Shown here: positions 9,910 to 20,515 of the stretch, piece after piece
Numbering within the stretch: the first letter of the stretch is position 1
Layout of the letters: every line of letters begins with the position of its first letter
DNA from: an uncultured Gemmatimonadales bacterium
Lineage (GTDB): Bacteria; Gemmatimonadota; Gemmatimonadetes; Gemmatimonadales; Gemmatimonadaceae
DNA: 64,000 nucleotides
Direction of reading: 5' to 3'
Assembly: GCA_963850905.1 (NCBI GenBank)
Contig: CAWKMU010000003.1
Location: 1,152,001-1,216,000 of the forward strand
Notes under the pieces: generated by a model
Told to the model about the DNA's origin: nothing
Seen by the model: only the letters and a program-made list of their open reading frames with translations
Database searches by the model: none
Program-made: the position numbers and the translations under genes

Positions 9910-10193
9910 GAGGACCTATCAATGCACCGAGCACGCGAGCGTGTTCGACGCTGGAAATCAGTGAGTACGTCGCGGCAGGGCAAACACCCGCACCGAGCGC
10001 TTCTAATGTGGGGACTGGTGGGGGATACCCCACGTGACAGCGCTCACGGAGCGGTAGACACCTTTTCCCGCTAGGGCGTCACGGTGTGACGATCCAACCA
10101 GGCACGAAACAGGACGCGCACTGACGCGCGCGTCGGAAAGAGGCGGCCCCGAAGGTCTCGTCTACCGGTCGGTCGAACGAGCGTCGGGTGTTT

Positions 10194-10796
10194 TCAGCGC
10201 CTGCTCGGATGTTTGACTGCGCTGCGTTTCCGCGGCCGCTTCACTGGGCGCGTCCGGGCGGCCGCCTGGCTAATGGGGTCCATGAAGAACATGCCGGGCG
10301 GGCCTCCAGTGACCCGCATCTGTCGAACCACCAACCCCAGCGTGCGGGCGAGCCGCCGACACTCAGACGCGGGCAGCGCGCGGAGCGAGGCGATCAGTCG
10401 TGACTGTGCTGGCGGCGGGGCTCTCCGCAGGGCCGCGCGTCCGGCTGGCGTCAGCGAGAGCTCCACTTGGCGAGCATCGGTCTCGGAACGGGTGCGCGCA
10501 ACAAGCCCGCGCGACACGAGACGGTCCACCACGACGGACACCGTGCTCTGATGTGTGAAGGTCCGGTTCGCGAGATCGTTCAACGAGTGCGCGGGCGCTT
10601 CTCGCAACTGCTGCAGGACGAAGAGTTGCGCTCCGGTCACGCCAGCCGACCGCTCGGCGGTGCGCGCCGAGATGCCGAGCGCGCGCACGATACGCCGGAG
10701 GGCGTCGAGCGCCATGACCGCCGGTTCGGAATGGTCGGAGCTCGGCGCCTGGGGTCGCGTGCGCTCGGTGACGGTGCGAGAGGGCGAGACGGGCAT
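10194..10796 (-). CDS. MarR-family transcriptional regulator
   Basis: GVTGAQLFVL...SLNDLA...HQSTVSVVVDRLVSRGLV.R..SETDAR...LTPAG winged HTH. Start could be the ATG at 10715. Confidence 0.9.
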   Translation of the reverse strand: MPVSPSRTVTERTRPQAPSSDHSEPAVMALDALRRIVRALGISARTAERSAGVTGAQLFVLQQLREAPAHSLNDLANRTFTHQSTVSVVVDRLVSRGLVARTRSETDARQVELSLTPAGRAALRRAPPPAQSRLIASLRALPASECRRLARTLGLVVRQMRVTGGPPGMFFMDPISQAAARTRPVKRPRKRSAVKHPSRR

Positions 10797-10812
10797 GAGG
10801 GGCGGGCGAGGG

Positions 10813-12670
10813 TTAGCGGGCCGCAGTCGACTCGCGTGTCTTGCGGGTAGGCCACAGAATGCTGTGCTACATCGCGCTGCGCGGCAAGTCGCCGCGCGTG
10901 GACACTCAGCACATCGCTCCGCGAGATGATCCCCACTATGTGGCGCGGAGCTGCCCGTGAGACCACCGGCAATCGGCCCACGCCCTCGTGCACCATCTGG
11001 TCAACCGCGTCGCGTATGGTGTTGTCTTCGTAGACGACGACTGGGGCCCGTGCAATGAGATCCCGCACAATGGCCGTCATCGGCAGCTCGAGGTCGAGGA
11101 GGTCGCGCCGCGTCACTACCCCGATCAGCACACCGGCGTCATTCACGACCGGATAGCCCTGATGCTCGGAGCCGGGTTCGCGCGCCACGATCCAATCTCG
11201 CACCTCCTCAATGGCCTGGCTATCACGCAGCGTGACGGGGGTGCGGGATGCGACATCGCCAACGCGGACTTGTGACAGGATGTCCGCCTCGTACTCGGAG
11301 GGGATGCGTGTCCCGCGGCGCGCGAGCTTCTCGGTCATGATGGACGACGACATGAGCCGGAGGGAGATGAGGTAGGCTGCGCTGCAGCCAGCCAGCAGCG
11401 GCAGAAGGCCCATTGGCTGGTGCGTCGTCTCGAAGGCGAAGACGACGGATGCCAGCAGCGCATGTGACGCGCCGGCAAAGATCGCCGCCATCCCGACCAA
11501 CGCGGCGATCCGGGGATCGATGTGCAGCCCCGGTGCGATGCGCGCCGCGAGCGTGCCCAACACCGCACCGAGCCCACCGCCGATCGTGAAGAGTGGTGCC
11601 AGCGTACCGCCGGAGGTGCCGCTCGCAAGCGAGATGACCCACGAGATGAACTTGAAGATGACGAGAGTCACTAGCGCGCGGCCGGCCAAGGTGCCGGCCA
11701 GGGTTTCGTCGATATTCCCGTAACCAACGCCCAACGTCGCGGGCGCAATCCATCCAACCACCCCGACCGCGATAGCGCCGATCGCGGGCCACCACATCCA
11801 GTGCACGGGGAGACGCTCGAACCGGTCCTCCATGGCATACAGCGCCCGCGTGATCCAGACCGCCACGAGACCGACCAGGGCCCCGAGGACGACGTAACTC
11901 GCGAGCGCCGAGGCGGTGGGCGGACCGACGATCGGCATCGGGAAGATCGGACCCGTCCCTATGATTGCCATCCGCACCGCGGCGGCGGCGGCGGCGGCGA
12001 GCGACACCGGAATCAGCGACCGGGCCCGGTATTCGAAGAGCAGAAGCTCGACGGCAAGGAGGACTGCGGAGACCGGCGTGCCAAACGTGGCGGCCATGCC
12101 CGCGGCCGCCCCGGCCGCGAGGAGAATCTTGCGCTCATCGGCGGTGGTCTTCAGCAGCTGTCCGACGACGGAACCCAGGGCACCGCCGGTGGCGATGATT
12201 GGCCCCTCGGCGCCAAATGGGCCGCCGGTTCCGATGGCGATGGCTGCAGATAACGGCTTCAGAAAGGTGACACGCGGTGGAATGCGGCTGCCATTGAGCA
12301 GCACTTGCTCCATGGCCTCCGGGATGCCGTGTCCGCGAATGGCCGGAGAGCCGTAGCGGGCCATGAGCCCGACGATCAGCCCACCGATCACCGGAATGAT
12401 GATGACCACCGGGCCCAGTTTATTGCCGGCGGGACTCGTGAACGCGTCAGACACCCGACCGTAAAACGCGATATTCGTGATGAGGCCGATGAGGGCGATC
12501 AGGATGCGGGCGGCAGCGGCAGCGAGCACGGCCGTAACTATTGCAAGTCCCGACAATAGGAACACACGGTGAGTGCGAGCGTCGTTGAGCGGCGGCTGCA
12601 CCGTGGCGAGGACGACGTCCATCGACGGCGCGACGGGGATCGGCCCGTCGGCCGGAACATTGGTACCCAT
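10813..12670 (-). CDS. ClC-family chloride channel/antiporter with C-terminal CBS pair
   Basis: Motifs GHGIP, GAEGP and GGTLAP plus two CBS domains. The track ORF runs into MarR (to 10637); a frameshift at ~10860 would give a natural end ...ILWPTRKTRESTAAR* at 10813. Confidence 0.9.
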
Positions 12671-12760
12671 GTGGCTTAGTTTAACATGCGCGGGCTGCGA
12701 ACGGCTGTTGGCCGTTCGGCCCGCAACCCCCGACGCGATGGAGCGGGTTCGTTCGGCGGG

Positions 12761-13777
12761 CTAGCCCAACACGTCGGCTACTGGCCTGCGCGGCGGCCCA
12801 TCCGGTGGGTGGGCGAACCCCAGGCCGAGAAGGACATGGGCCTCGCCCGCGCGGCCAGCCACCGCTCGGACCCATGGGCGCAACTCCGCCAGCCGGAGCG
12901 GTTGGTTCGCGTACGTTGCAAATACGCCGTGCGACGCTGCACACAGCAACACGTGCTCGAGAGCCTCTCCTGCGGTGACCCATGCGCTCACATCGTCGCA
13001 TTCCGTCCCCAGGACGGCAACGACCGGCGCGTCCCGAAGGGCATGCCCGGCTCGCCGCGCCTCGCCGACCGCGATCACGTGGGCGAATCGGTCCGCGTCG
13101 TCGTTGTTCTTGCCCGGGCCCACAGGCGCGTCAAGGCCATCCTCACTCCACAGATGGCCCGCGGCCGCTTCGTACTTCTCACCCGCCTCGAAAACCAGAT
13201 CGGCGAGGGCGCACTGGTCGGTCGGCGATGTCACGATATGGAGCCAGGCGCCACACGCTCTGGCCGCCGCGGTCAGATCCTGCACGACGGCTATCGGCAC
13301 GGGGCGACGCTCAAAGGCATCCCGCCGGGCCCGAACGGTGTGTCGGTACGGGATCGCGTGAAAGAGCCTGCGATTGTAGTCGGATTCGGGAACTGCGGGT
13401 CCCGCCTCGATATGCGCAATCCGACGCGGGTCGGCAGGATCTGGACAGACCCGCACGACGTCCCGGTATCCAAAGTGTCGAAGCGCGACCCGGGCGTTGA
13501 ACAGCGCGGCACCGCACGCGATCACCGGTTCGCGTTGCGCGGCGTCCCCGATTGGACTACCGCGGGACGTGTCAACACAGATGTCGAGCCCACGCGCCGT
13601 CGCCCGAAATTCCCACGGTTGTGCGTTGTATGAAGATGGCGCGAGGGCACCATACGCAGCGAGCAGTGGTAGCACGCCGCTCGGCGGCTGCGATGCGGCG
13701 GAGGTTGCAGCCTCTGCGGCTGAGGAGAACTGGCGCATGGTGTTGAGGAGCTCGCGAATCGGCGACGGCATAGGCAA
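12761..13777 (-). CDS. Acg-family nitroreductase-like FMN-binding protein
   Basis: APSSYNAQPW, IACGAALFN, AIPYRHT.R, W.TAGEALEHVLL, NQPL and PRRPV motifs. Confidence 0.88.
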   Translation of the reverse strand: MPMPSPIRELLNTMRQFSSAAEAATSAASQPPSGVLPLLAAYGALAPSSYNAQPWEFRATARGLDICVDTSRGSPIGDAAQREPVIACGAALFNARVALRHFGYRDVVRVCPDPADPRRIAHIEAGPAVPESDYNRRLFHAIPYRHTVRARRDAFERRPVPIAVVQDLTAAARACGAWLHIVTSPTDQCALADLVFEAGEKYEAAAGHLWSEDGLDAPVGPGKNNDDADRFAHVIAVGEARRAGHALRDAPVVAVLGTECDDVSAWVTAGEALEHVLLCAASHGVFATYANQPLRLAELRPWVRAVAGRAGEAHVLLGLGFAHPPDGPPRRPVADVLG

Positions 13778-13948
13778 CGCAGCGGCGTTGAGCGGTGGGG
13801 TGAGTCGTTACGAGGAACCGACACATGTAGTATGGCGGCCGCGTAAATCGATCGCCGCCGCCCACAAAGGTTGATACGACCGGAACGCGCCATTTGTTGT
13901 CGATAGGGGTCGGGACAGGGCGAGCCCGGCAGTGAGACAGGCGCTCGT

Positions 13949-13983
13949 GTTCGGTTGACTTTCGGGTTTTCTTCGGCTAGCCT
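13949..13983 (+). promoter_or_regulatory. sigma70-like promoter overlapped by TTCGG direct repeats at 11-bp period (putative LexA/SOS box)
   Basis: TTGACT-N17-TAGCCT at 13955-13983; TTCGG at 13950, 13961 and 13972. Confidence 0.55.
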
Positions 13984-14068
13984 GGGAATCGCGTCTGGAG
14001 CGTCTCCTTTCTCCTCACTCCTTTCTACGGCCGCCTTGCGGCCATCCGGGGGCCGCGTGCAACGGACC

Positions 14069-15364
14069 ATGGGACTGGAAGCCAAGATCGACTTGCTCAT
14101 GGCGCTCGCGGTGGACGACCAGGATGGCGTCCCGACTGGCAAGCGCCCCCCGGGCAGCAACCCGGGCACACAGGAGCTACCGCCGCGCCTCCGCCACGCG
14201 CACGAGGTCGGGGCGCTCCGACCACTCAACATTCGCCAGGTGCGGCCAGGTAACGGTCCGCGCACGTCGCTCCTGCGCATCCTCATGACCAACGCGTGCA
14301 GCTTCAACTGTTACTACTGTCCGATGCGTCGGGACCGAGAACTGCCCAGGACGCTGCTCAAGCCCGAAGAGCTCGTGCGCATTTTCCTCGGCGCGCACCA
14401 ACGCGGGTGGTGTCAGGGTCTGTTCATCACGACCGGCATCCCGGGCCGGCCAGTCAAGGTCATGGACGACCTGATACACGTGCTCGAGGCCTTACGGGTG
14501 CGGCATCGGTTTGGCGGCTATATCCACGTGAAGATGGTGCCGGGCGCTGAGGCGGCCCAGATCGAGCGGCTCACGACGCTGGCGACACGGGTGTCGCTCA
14601 ATCTCGAAGCGCCGTGCGGCTCGAGTCTGGCGCAGATCGCGCCCGACAAGAACTACGAGACCGCACTGGTGTCGCTCGAACGCGCCCGCGGGTATGTGAA
14701 CCAGCAGCGTGCGGAGGAACGTGCGGGCCGACCGAGAGACCGACTGCGCCCGGGTGGCACCGCCGGCATGACGATGCAATTCGTGGTGGGCGCGACGGGA
14801 GACACGGACCGCACGATCCTCGACTCGGTCACTGCTCTGTACAAGGGCGGGGGGATCCATCACTCGCAGTTCAGCGCATTCCGACCGATCCGAAACACGC
14901 CGCTCGAGGATGCCCAAGCGGCGCCAGCACTTCGCGAGCACCGCCTCTACCAAGCCGACCACCTCGTCCGACAGTACGGCTTCGGGGCGCAGGAGATGCC
15001 CTACGACGCCGGCGGCAACCTGCCGCTCGCGCTGGATCCGAAGTGCGCCTGGGCGCTCGCCCATCCGGAGCTCTTTCCTGTCGAGGTCCGCACTGCATCG
15101 GTTCAGGAGCTCGTGCGAGTGCCCGGGATCGGACCCGCAGGCGCCAAGCGATTGGTGGCCGAACGCCGCGCGACCGCGATCCGTGGCCTCGGTGACCTCC
15201 GCAAGTTGGGCGTCCTGACCAATCGGGCCGCCGGGTTTCTCAGTCTCGCTGGCCGCCGTTTGCAGACAACTCGGTGGACAGAACAGTTGGGCTTCTGGCA
15301 GGAGAGCGAGGAAGCGGGGCGATATCACATGGTGTACGACGTCAGCCCCGGGACGTTCAGGTGA
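14069..15364 (+). CDS. Putative DNA modification/repair radical SAM protein with HhH motif (TIGR03916-like)
   Basis: LMTNACSFNCYYC (CxxxCxxC), FGGYIHVK, REHRLYQADHLVRQYGF, DPKCAWAL, FPVEV and HhH VPGIGPAGAKRL. Likely ATG at 14069. Confidence 0.88.
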   Translation: MGLEAKIDLLMALAVDDQDGVPTGKRPPGSNPGTQELPPRLRHAHEVGALRPLNIRQVRPGNGPRTSLLRILMTNACSFNCYYCPMRRDRELPRTLLKPEELVRIFLGAHQRGWCQGLFITTGIPGRPVKVMDDLIHVLEALRVRHRFGGYIHVKMVPGAEAAQIERLTTLATRVSLNLEAPCGSSLAQIAPDKNYETALVSLERARGYVNQQRAEERAGRPRDRLRPGGTAGMTMQFVVGATGDTDRTILDSVTALYKGGGIHHSQFSAFRPIRNTPLEDAQAAPALREHRLYQADHLVRQYGFGAQEMPYDAGGNLPLALDPKCAWALAHPELFPVEVRTASVQELVRVPGIGPAGAKRLVAERRATAIRGLGDLRKLGVLTNRAAGFLSLAGRRLQTTRWTEQLGFWQESEEAGRYHMVYDVSPGTFR

Positions 15365-15401
15365 AGGGCTGAAGGTCAGGTGTGCCCGAAGTGCAAATCA
15401 A

Positions 15402-15604
15402 GGGTTAGGAGAACGACCACGATATTCGACACCGGCGGGTAGGGGCGACGCAATGCGTCGCCCTGGGGTGCGGCGATGCGACCATGATTCGGTGGTGCGC
15501 CGAACCCAACGCGCGGCACTGTGGACGATTCGGCCAACGGCGGGCGACGCATTGCGTCGCCCCTACCCGCCGGGTATCAAGCGCCGTGGTCGTTCCACTA
15601 ACCC
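15402..15604. repeat. Second-class GTAG REP doublet within a long inverted repeat
   Basis: GTAG-GGGCGACGCAATGCGTCGCCC (15439-15463) and its inverse (15542-15566), with outer arms gggttag..gaacgaccacg / cgtggtcgttc..ctaaccc. Confidence 0.88.
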
Positions 15605-15669
15605 ATGGCGCCGCCGTTCAGGTTAGGCGCACGGGATAGGTTTCAAGCAGACAACTCCGGAGATCCGTC

Positions 15670-17562
15670 ATGGCCACCGCTGTCGAGACGCCGACGGGCA
15701 AGGCTGGCGCACCCGCGTCCGAGCGCGAAGCGCGCGACGTCGCCGAGGCCGCGCGCGAGACCGAGTGGGCGCACCCGAGCTTTGTCCGAGAGCTGTTTCT
15801 GGGCCGCTTTCGGTTGGACTTGATCCATCCGCATCCGCGACCTGACCCCGAGGCGATGGCACGCGCCGAGCCGTTCATGGTGAAGCTGCGAGCATTGGTC
15901 GAGCGGATCGATTCTGACGAGATCGACCGCACTGGCCAGATCTCGGAGGCGATCGTGGACGAGCTCCGCGCCATGGGCGCGTTCGGCATCAAGATCCCGC
16001 GTGAGTTTGGCGGTCTCGGGTTGTCGCCGCTCGCATACGTGCGTGCGATGGAGTTGGTGACATTGAAGGATGGCTCCCTCACCGCGCTGCTCTCCGCGTC
16101 GCAGTCGATCGGTGTGCCGCAGCCACTCGCGCTCTTCGGGACCGAGGAGCAAAAGCGCCGGTTCTTCCCGCGCCTCGCCAAGGGTGCGATCTCGGCGTTC
16201 GCGTTGACGGAGGTCGATGCCGGCTCCGATCCGGCGAACATGACCACAGCCGCCACCCCGTCAGACGACGGATCACATTTTGTGTTGAACGGCGAGAAGC
16301 TGTGGTGCACGAATGGTACGCGGGCCGAGCTGTTCGTCGTCATGGCGCGCACGCCGGACGTCATCGTCAAAGGGCGTCCTCGAAAGCAGATCACGGCGTT
16401 CATTGTGGAGCGCGACATGCCGGGCGTCGAGGTCGTCCAACGCCTGCGGTTCATGGGACTCAAGGCGATCGAGAACGGGCTCATTCGCTTCACCAACGTG
16501 CGCGTGCCGCGTGAGAACATTCTGTGGGGCGAAGGGAAGGGGTTGAAGCTCGCGCTTACCACGCTCAATACGGGCCGATTGACACTCCCGGCTGGCTGCG
16601 CTGGCGTCGGCAAAGCCATGCTCAAGGTTGCGCGCACGTGGGCGGTCGAGCGCGTGCAATGGGGCCAACCCATTGGACGACACGAGGCCGTCGGCCACAA
16701 GCTCGCGTCGATGGCGGCCACGACGTTCGCGATGGAGGCGGTCGCTGAGCTCTCGACCTTGTTGTACGAGCGCGGCGGATACGACATCCGACTGGAGGCC
16801 GCGGTCGCAAAGCTGTACAACACGGAAGCCGGATGGCGCATCGTCGACGACACGCTGCAGATTCGCGGCGGGCGCGGCTACGAAACGGCGGAGTCGCTCG
16901 AACGTCGGGGTGAGCCAGGCATCCCGGTGGAGCGCGCGATGCGCGATTTTCGCATCAACCTGATCTTCGAAGGCTCCTCGGAGATCATGCGCCTCTTCAT
17001 CGCGCGCGAGGCCGTCGACTACCACATGCGCACCGCGTTCGCGCTCGTCGAACCCGGCGCTTCGGTCGGCGAGCGCCTACGCGCACTCGGCCGCGTGGTG
17101 CGCTTCTATCCGGCGTGGTATGCCACGCGATGGGTCGGCCGCGGACAACTTCCAGCGTTCGGGGAATTTGGTCGGCTCGCCCGCCATTTGCGGTTCGCCG
17201 AGCGCGCGACCCGTCGCCTCGCCCGTTCGATCGTGCATGCGATGGTGCGGTTCGGACCGAAGCTCGAACGCCGGCAGATGGTGCTCTTCCGCGCGGTCGA
17301 TATCGGCGCGGAGCTGTTCGCGATGTCGGCGGCGTGCGTGCGGGCGCAGATGCTGGCTGGTGAGGGACAGCGGGAAGCGGTGACGCTGGCCGACGCCTTT
17401 TGCCGCCAGGCCCGCCGCCGCATCCGTCGCCACTTCGCCGATTTCTTCAACCCGACCGACGCTCCGATGTCACGACTCGCGCGGCAAGTGTTGGACGGAC
17501 GGCACGCGTGGCTGGAGCAGGGGATCGTCGGAATAAGCCCGGAGAAGCCGGGTAACGGGTAA
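15670..17562 (+). CDS. Acyl-CoA dehydrogenase (long, VLCAD/ACAD9-like)
   Basis: [49 protein letters not shown] plus a C-terminal extension; GGAG RBS. Confidence 0.93.
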   Translation: MATAVETPTGKAGAPASEREARDVAEAARETEWAHPSFVRELFLGRFRLDLIHPHPRPDPEAMARAEPFMVKLRALVERIDSDEIDRTGQISEAIVDELRAMGAFGIKIPREFGGLGLSPLAYVRAMELVTLKDGSLTALLSASQSIGVPQPLALFGTEEQKRRFFPRLAKGAISAFALTEVDAGSDPANMTTAATPSDDGSHFVLNGEKLWCTNGTRAELFVVMARTPDVIVKGRPRKQITAFIVERDMPGVEVVQRLRFMGLKAIENGLIRFTNVRVPRENILWGEGKGLKLALTTLNTGRLTLPAGCAGVGKAMLKVARTWAVERVQWGQPIGRHEAVGHKLASMAATTFAMEAVAELSTLLYERGGYDIRLEAAVAKLYNTEAGWRIVDDTLQIRGGRGYETAESLERRGEPGIPVERAMRDFRINLIFEGSSEIMRLFIAREAVDYHMRTAFALVEPGASVGERLRALGRVVRFYPAWYATRWVGRGQLPAFGEFGRLARHLRFAERATRRLARSIVHAMVRFGPKLERRQMVLFRAVDIGAELFAMSAACVRAQMLAGEGQREAVTLADAFCRQARRRIRRHFADFFNPTDAPMSRLARQVLDGRHAWLEQGIVGISPEKPGNG

Positions 17563-17782
17563 CGGGTAACGGGTCACGACAACAATCGCGACGACAACGC
17601 TGGGCGGCCTGAAGGCCGCCCCTACATGTCGGCGTGGGCGGTGACGCGTCGGAGTGCCGCGGCGACGTTTGTCGGTTGGTCGACAAATCCGGATTTGACG
17701 CCGCCCGCAGCAACATGTAGGGGCGGGCTTCAGCCCGCCCGGTGTTTGCGGTGGACGTTGTGTTACCCGTCACCTGTTACCC
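17550..17782. repeat. GTAG REP doublet copy 2 (17602-17740) flanked by inverted (GGGTAAC)n heptamer arms
   Basis: gggtaac x3 + gggtcac at 17550-17577; REP pair with 91-bp spacer; gttaccc gtcacct gttaccc at 17762-17782. Confidence 0.9.
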
Positions 17783-17788
17783 GGCCTC

Positions 17789-18947
17789 TTACACCATCGC
17801 CGGCAATTTCGCCAGCCGCTCCGCTGCCGCTTCCAGCGTTTCCAGTTTCTTGCAGAAGGCGAAGCGGACGTAGGGGCAGCGCTCGCTGCGGTCGTGATAG
17901 AAGCTCGATCCGGGGACGGTCGCGATGCCGCCCTCGCGGGCGAGCCAGAGCGCGAATTCCGTGTCTGGCGCGTCGCTCAATTCGCTGAAGTCGGTGAGGA
18001 AGAAGTAGGCACCTTCGGGGATCGTGAACCGAAAGCCGGCTTCGCTCAACGCTTGCGAGAGGAGATCGCGCCGCACGCGGTAGTCGCGCGAGAGGTGGTT
18101 GAAGTACTCCGCGTCGAAGGCGAATCCGACAGCCGCTGCGGCTTGCAGCGGTGCCGGCGCCCCGACGGTGAGAAAATCGTGCACCTTCCGGATCGCGTTC
18201 GTGGTCTCGGGCGGCGCAATCGCGTAGCCCAGGCGCCACCCCGTGCACGTGAATGTCTTGGACAGGCTCGAGATCGTTACGGTGCGCTCACGCATCCCCG
18301 GCCACGTGGCGATCGGGTGATGCCGACCCGCGTACGTGATGTACTCGTACGGATCATCCGTGAACACCGCGATATCGCGCTCGACGCACAGCGCTGCGAG
18401 CTCCGCCGATCTCTTCGCGTGAGAAGACGCGCCCCGTCGGGTTGTGGGGCGAGTTCAGGATCACCGCTCGCGTCCGCGGCGTCACGGCCTGCCGAATGCG
18501 TTCGACGTCCAGTCGCCAGGCGGGTGGGTCCAGCGGGACGAAGACGGGGTGAGCCCCCGCCAGGATCCCATCCGGTCCATAGTTCTCGTAGAACGGCTCC
18601 GGAATGATGACTTCGTCGCCCGGATTGATGAGCGCGAGAAACGTGGAGGCCATGGCCTCGGTCGCGCCACACGTCACCGTGACCTCCCGCTCCGGGTCGA
18701 CCTCCAGATCGTACATGCGTCGATACTTCTCCGCGATCGCGAGACGCAACGCTGGATTGCCCCACGTAATCGCGTACTGGTTGATGTCGCCACGCACGGC
18801 CGCGCACGCGGCGTCCTTCATCGGGTCCGGCATCGGGAAGTCTGGAAATCCCTGCGCGAGGTTGATCGCCCCGTAGCTACGGGCGACGCGCGTCATCTCG
18901 CGGATCACGGACTCGGTGAACGTGTTGGTGCGTTGGGCGCTGTGCAT
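17789..18947 (-). CDS. PLP-dependent aminotransferase class I/II (frameshift at ~18405)
   Basis: N-half FTESVIREM, INLAQGFPD, NSPHNPTG; C-half DDPY, SSLSKTFTCTGWRLGY, VRFAFCK in another frame. Confidence 0.9.
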
Positions 18948-19164
18948 GTGTACGATCCGGGTGAGAAACCTTGGTAGCGGACGGCGCGCAAAGGGCGGGC
19001 GACGCATTGCCTTGCCCCTACCGCCCATTCACGACGTCAACGGGGCGGTGGGGTCCCTGCTGTTCAGGCAACACCCTAAAGTGCGGAAAGGTCGCGATGC
19101 CCCGCAACTGGCGGTCATATTTCCTCCAGGTTGTCGCTCGCCCGACACCGCCGACCGTCATTTC

Positions 19165-20298
19165 ATGCCAACATCTGAAATTCCGACCGTTCCGGTCGAG
19201 ATCACCGATCCCGTCAACGCCCGCATCCTCGCGGTCTCCGAGGATCGGATTACCGGCTTCTTGACGGACCCGTTCGCTGAGATCGCGGCGAGGTCCGGCG
19301 TTCCGGTCGAAACGGTGCTCGAGCGACTTCGTGCCATGCTTGCAGCTGGCACCATTCGCCGCATCCGCCAAACGTTGCTAGCCACCAACCTGGCGCCGGG
19401 TGCGTTGGTGGCATGGCTGGTCCCGCCCGAGCGCCTCGACGCCGCGTTCGACCTGCTCGTGCACGACGATCCATTCTCTGGCCACGTGGTGATCCGCTCG
19501 ACCGACAGCGAAACACCAGGCTCGGTCTACCGCCTGTGGTCGACGGTCAAGGTGCCGGTCGGCTTCGACATGGCCGGCCATTGCGACTATCTGCTGCGTC
19601 GCATGGGCGGTGTCCGATACCGCGTAATGCCGGCCAAGCGGCTGTTCGCGCTCGGCGTGGGACACGTGCGGCGCAAGGCGATCGAGCCTGGCGCGCGGGC
19701 CGACGCGTTGGGACAAGTCATCGACACGGCTATCGTGGAGCTCACACCCCTCGAGTGGCAGGTCCTGGAGCCGCTCAAACGCGAGTTCACGGTCGAGGAG
19801 ATTCGGTCCGATCCTTGGGGTGATCGCGCGCGCTCCGCGGGGCTGCGGCGCGACCAATTCTGTCGTGTGGCCGAGCAGCTCGCCGACCGCGGGGTCATTG
19901 GCCGGTTTTCAACGTTTCTCGAGCACGTCAAGCCGTCGATTGGCGGCACACGCGTCACGCGGTACAACGCGCTGTTCCATTGGCAAGTGCCGCCGGGGCG
20001 CGAGATCGAGGCGGGCCGTGAGGTCGGGCGCCACTTCATCGTGACGCACGCATACTGGCGGGAAGGAGGCTCCGAGTTCGGGAACGTCAACGTCATGGCG
20101 GTGGTGCACGGGACGAACAAAGCCACAGTTATGGCTCATAAAGCGGCTATTGACAGGCACTTAGCTGATGCGGGCATCAGCGTCGGATATACGAACGTGT
20201 TCTGGGGCGGGCGAAGCGAGATCAAGCCCTCAGAAGTGTCGCCGGTTGCGTATGCGAAGTGGCTGAGAGAACGCGGCCCGGACCCCTCGCCCCTGTAG
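19165..20298 (+). CDS. Duplicated Lrp/AsnC-fold protein; fused siroheme decarboxylase AhbA/AhbB (NirDL-like)
   Basis: Two HTH + AsnC-like units: PFAEIAARSG..., SGHVVIR..YRLWSTV, then GVIGRFS..., NALFHWQVP, THAYWR...NVMAVVHG. Confidence 0.65.
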   Translation: MPTSEIPTVPVEITDPVNARILAVSEDRITGFLTDPFAEIAARSGVPVETVLERLRAMLAAGTIRRIRQTLLATNLAPGALVAWLVPPERLDAAFDLLVHDDPFSGHVVIRSTDSETPGSVYRLWSTVKVPVGFDMAGHCDYLLRRMGGVRYRVMPAKRLFALGVGHVRRKAIEPGARADALGQVIDTAIVELTPLEWQVLEPLKREFTVEEIRSDPWGDRARSAGLRRDQFCRVAEQLADRGVIGRFSTFLEHVKPSIGGTRVTRYNALFHWQVPPGREIEAGREVGRHFIVTHAYWREGGSEFGNVNVMAVVHGTNKATVMAHKAAIDRHLADAGISVGYTNVFWGGRSEIKPSEVSPVAYAKWLRERGPDPSPL

Positions 20299-20515
20299 TT
20301 AAGCCCGCCATTCTGTTCGTCCTCTTGAGGGCACAGCCGCGCCGGGGAATCCCCCTCGACGCCGCCAGGTCGCGCGCGTCTCACCCGAGCAGGTCACTCC
20401 TACGTCCGAACCGGTTACCGGGCCACACCTCCGATACCGCTCCCTGAAGCAGTGGTGGCGGGACGACGAGGCTGCCAGGGCGATCGCCGCCGCGGCAGGG
20501 TATCTGGCTGGCTAC

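Noticed and set aside
9970..10035. CAGGGCAAAC resembling the start of a c-di-GMP-I riboswitch
   Set aside because: The downstream GAAA/GACGCAAAG elements are missing, and it lies on the strand opposite the adjacent genes.
10637..10812. ClC C-terminal extension overlapping MarR
   Set aside because: Better explained by one indel near 10860; the alternate frame stops at 10813 just before the MarR start.
12671..12760. Fluoride riboswitch upstream of ClC
   Set aside because: No GGCGATG...CTGATG-like motif, and the protein lacks the CLC-F signatures GNNLI/GREGT.
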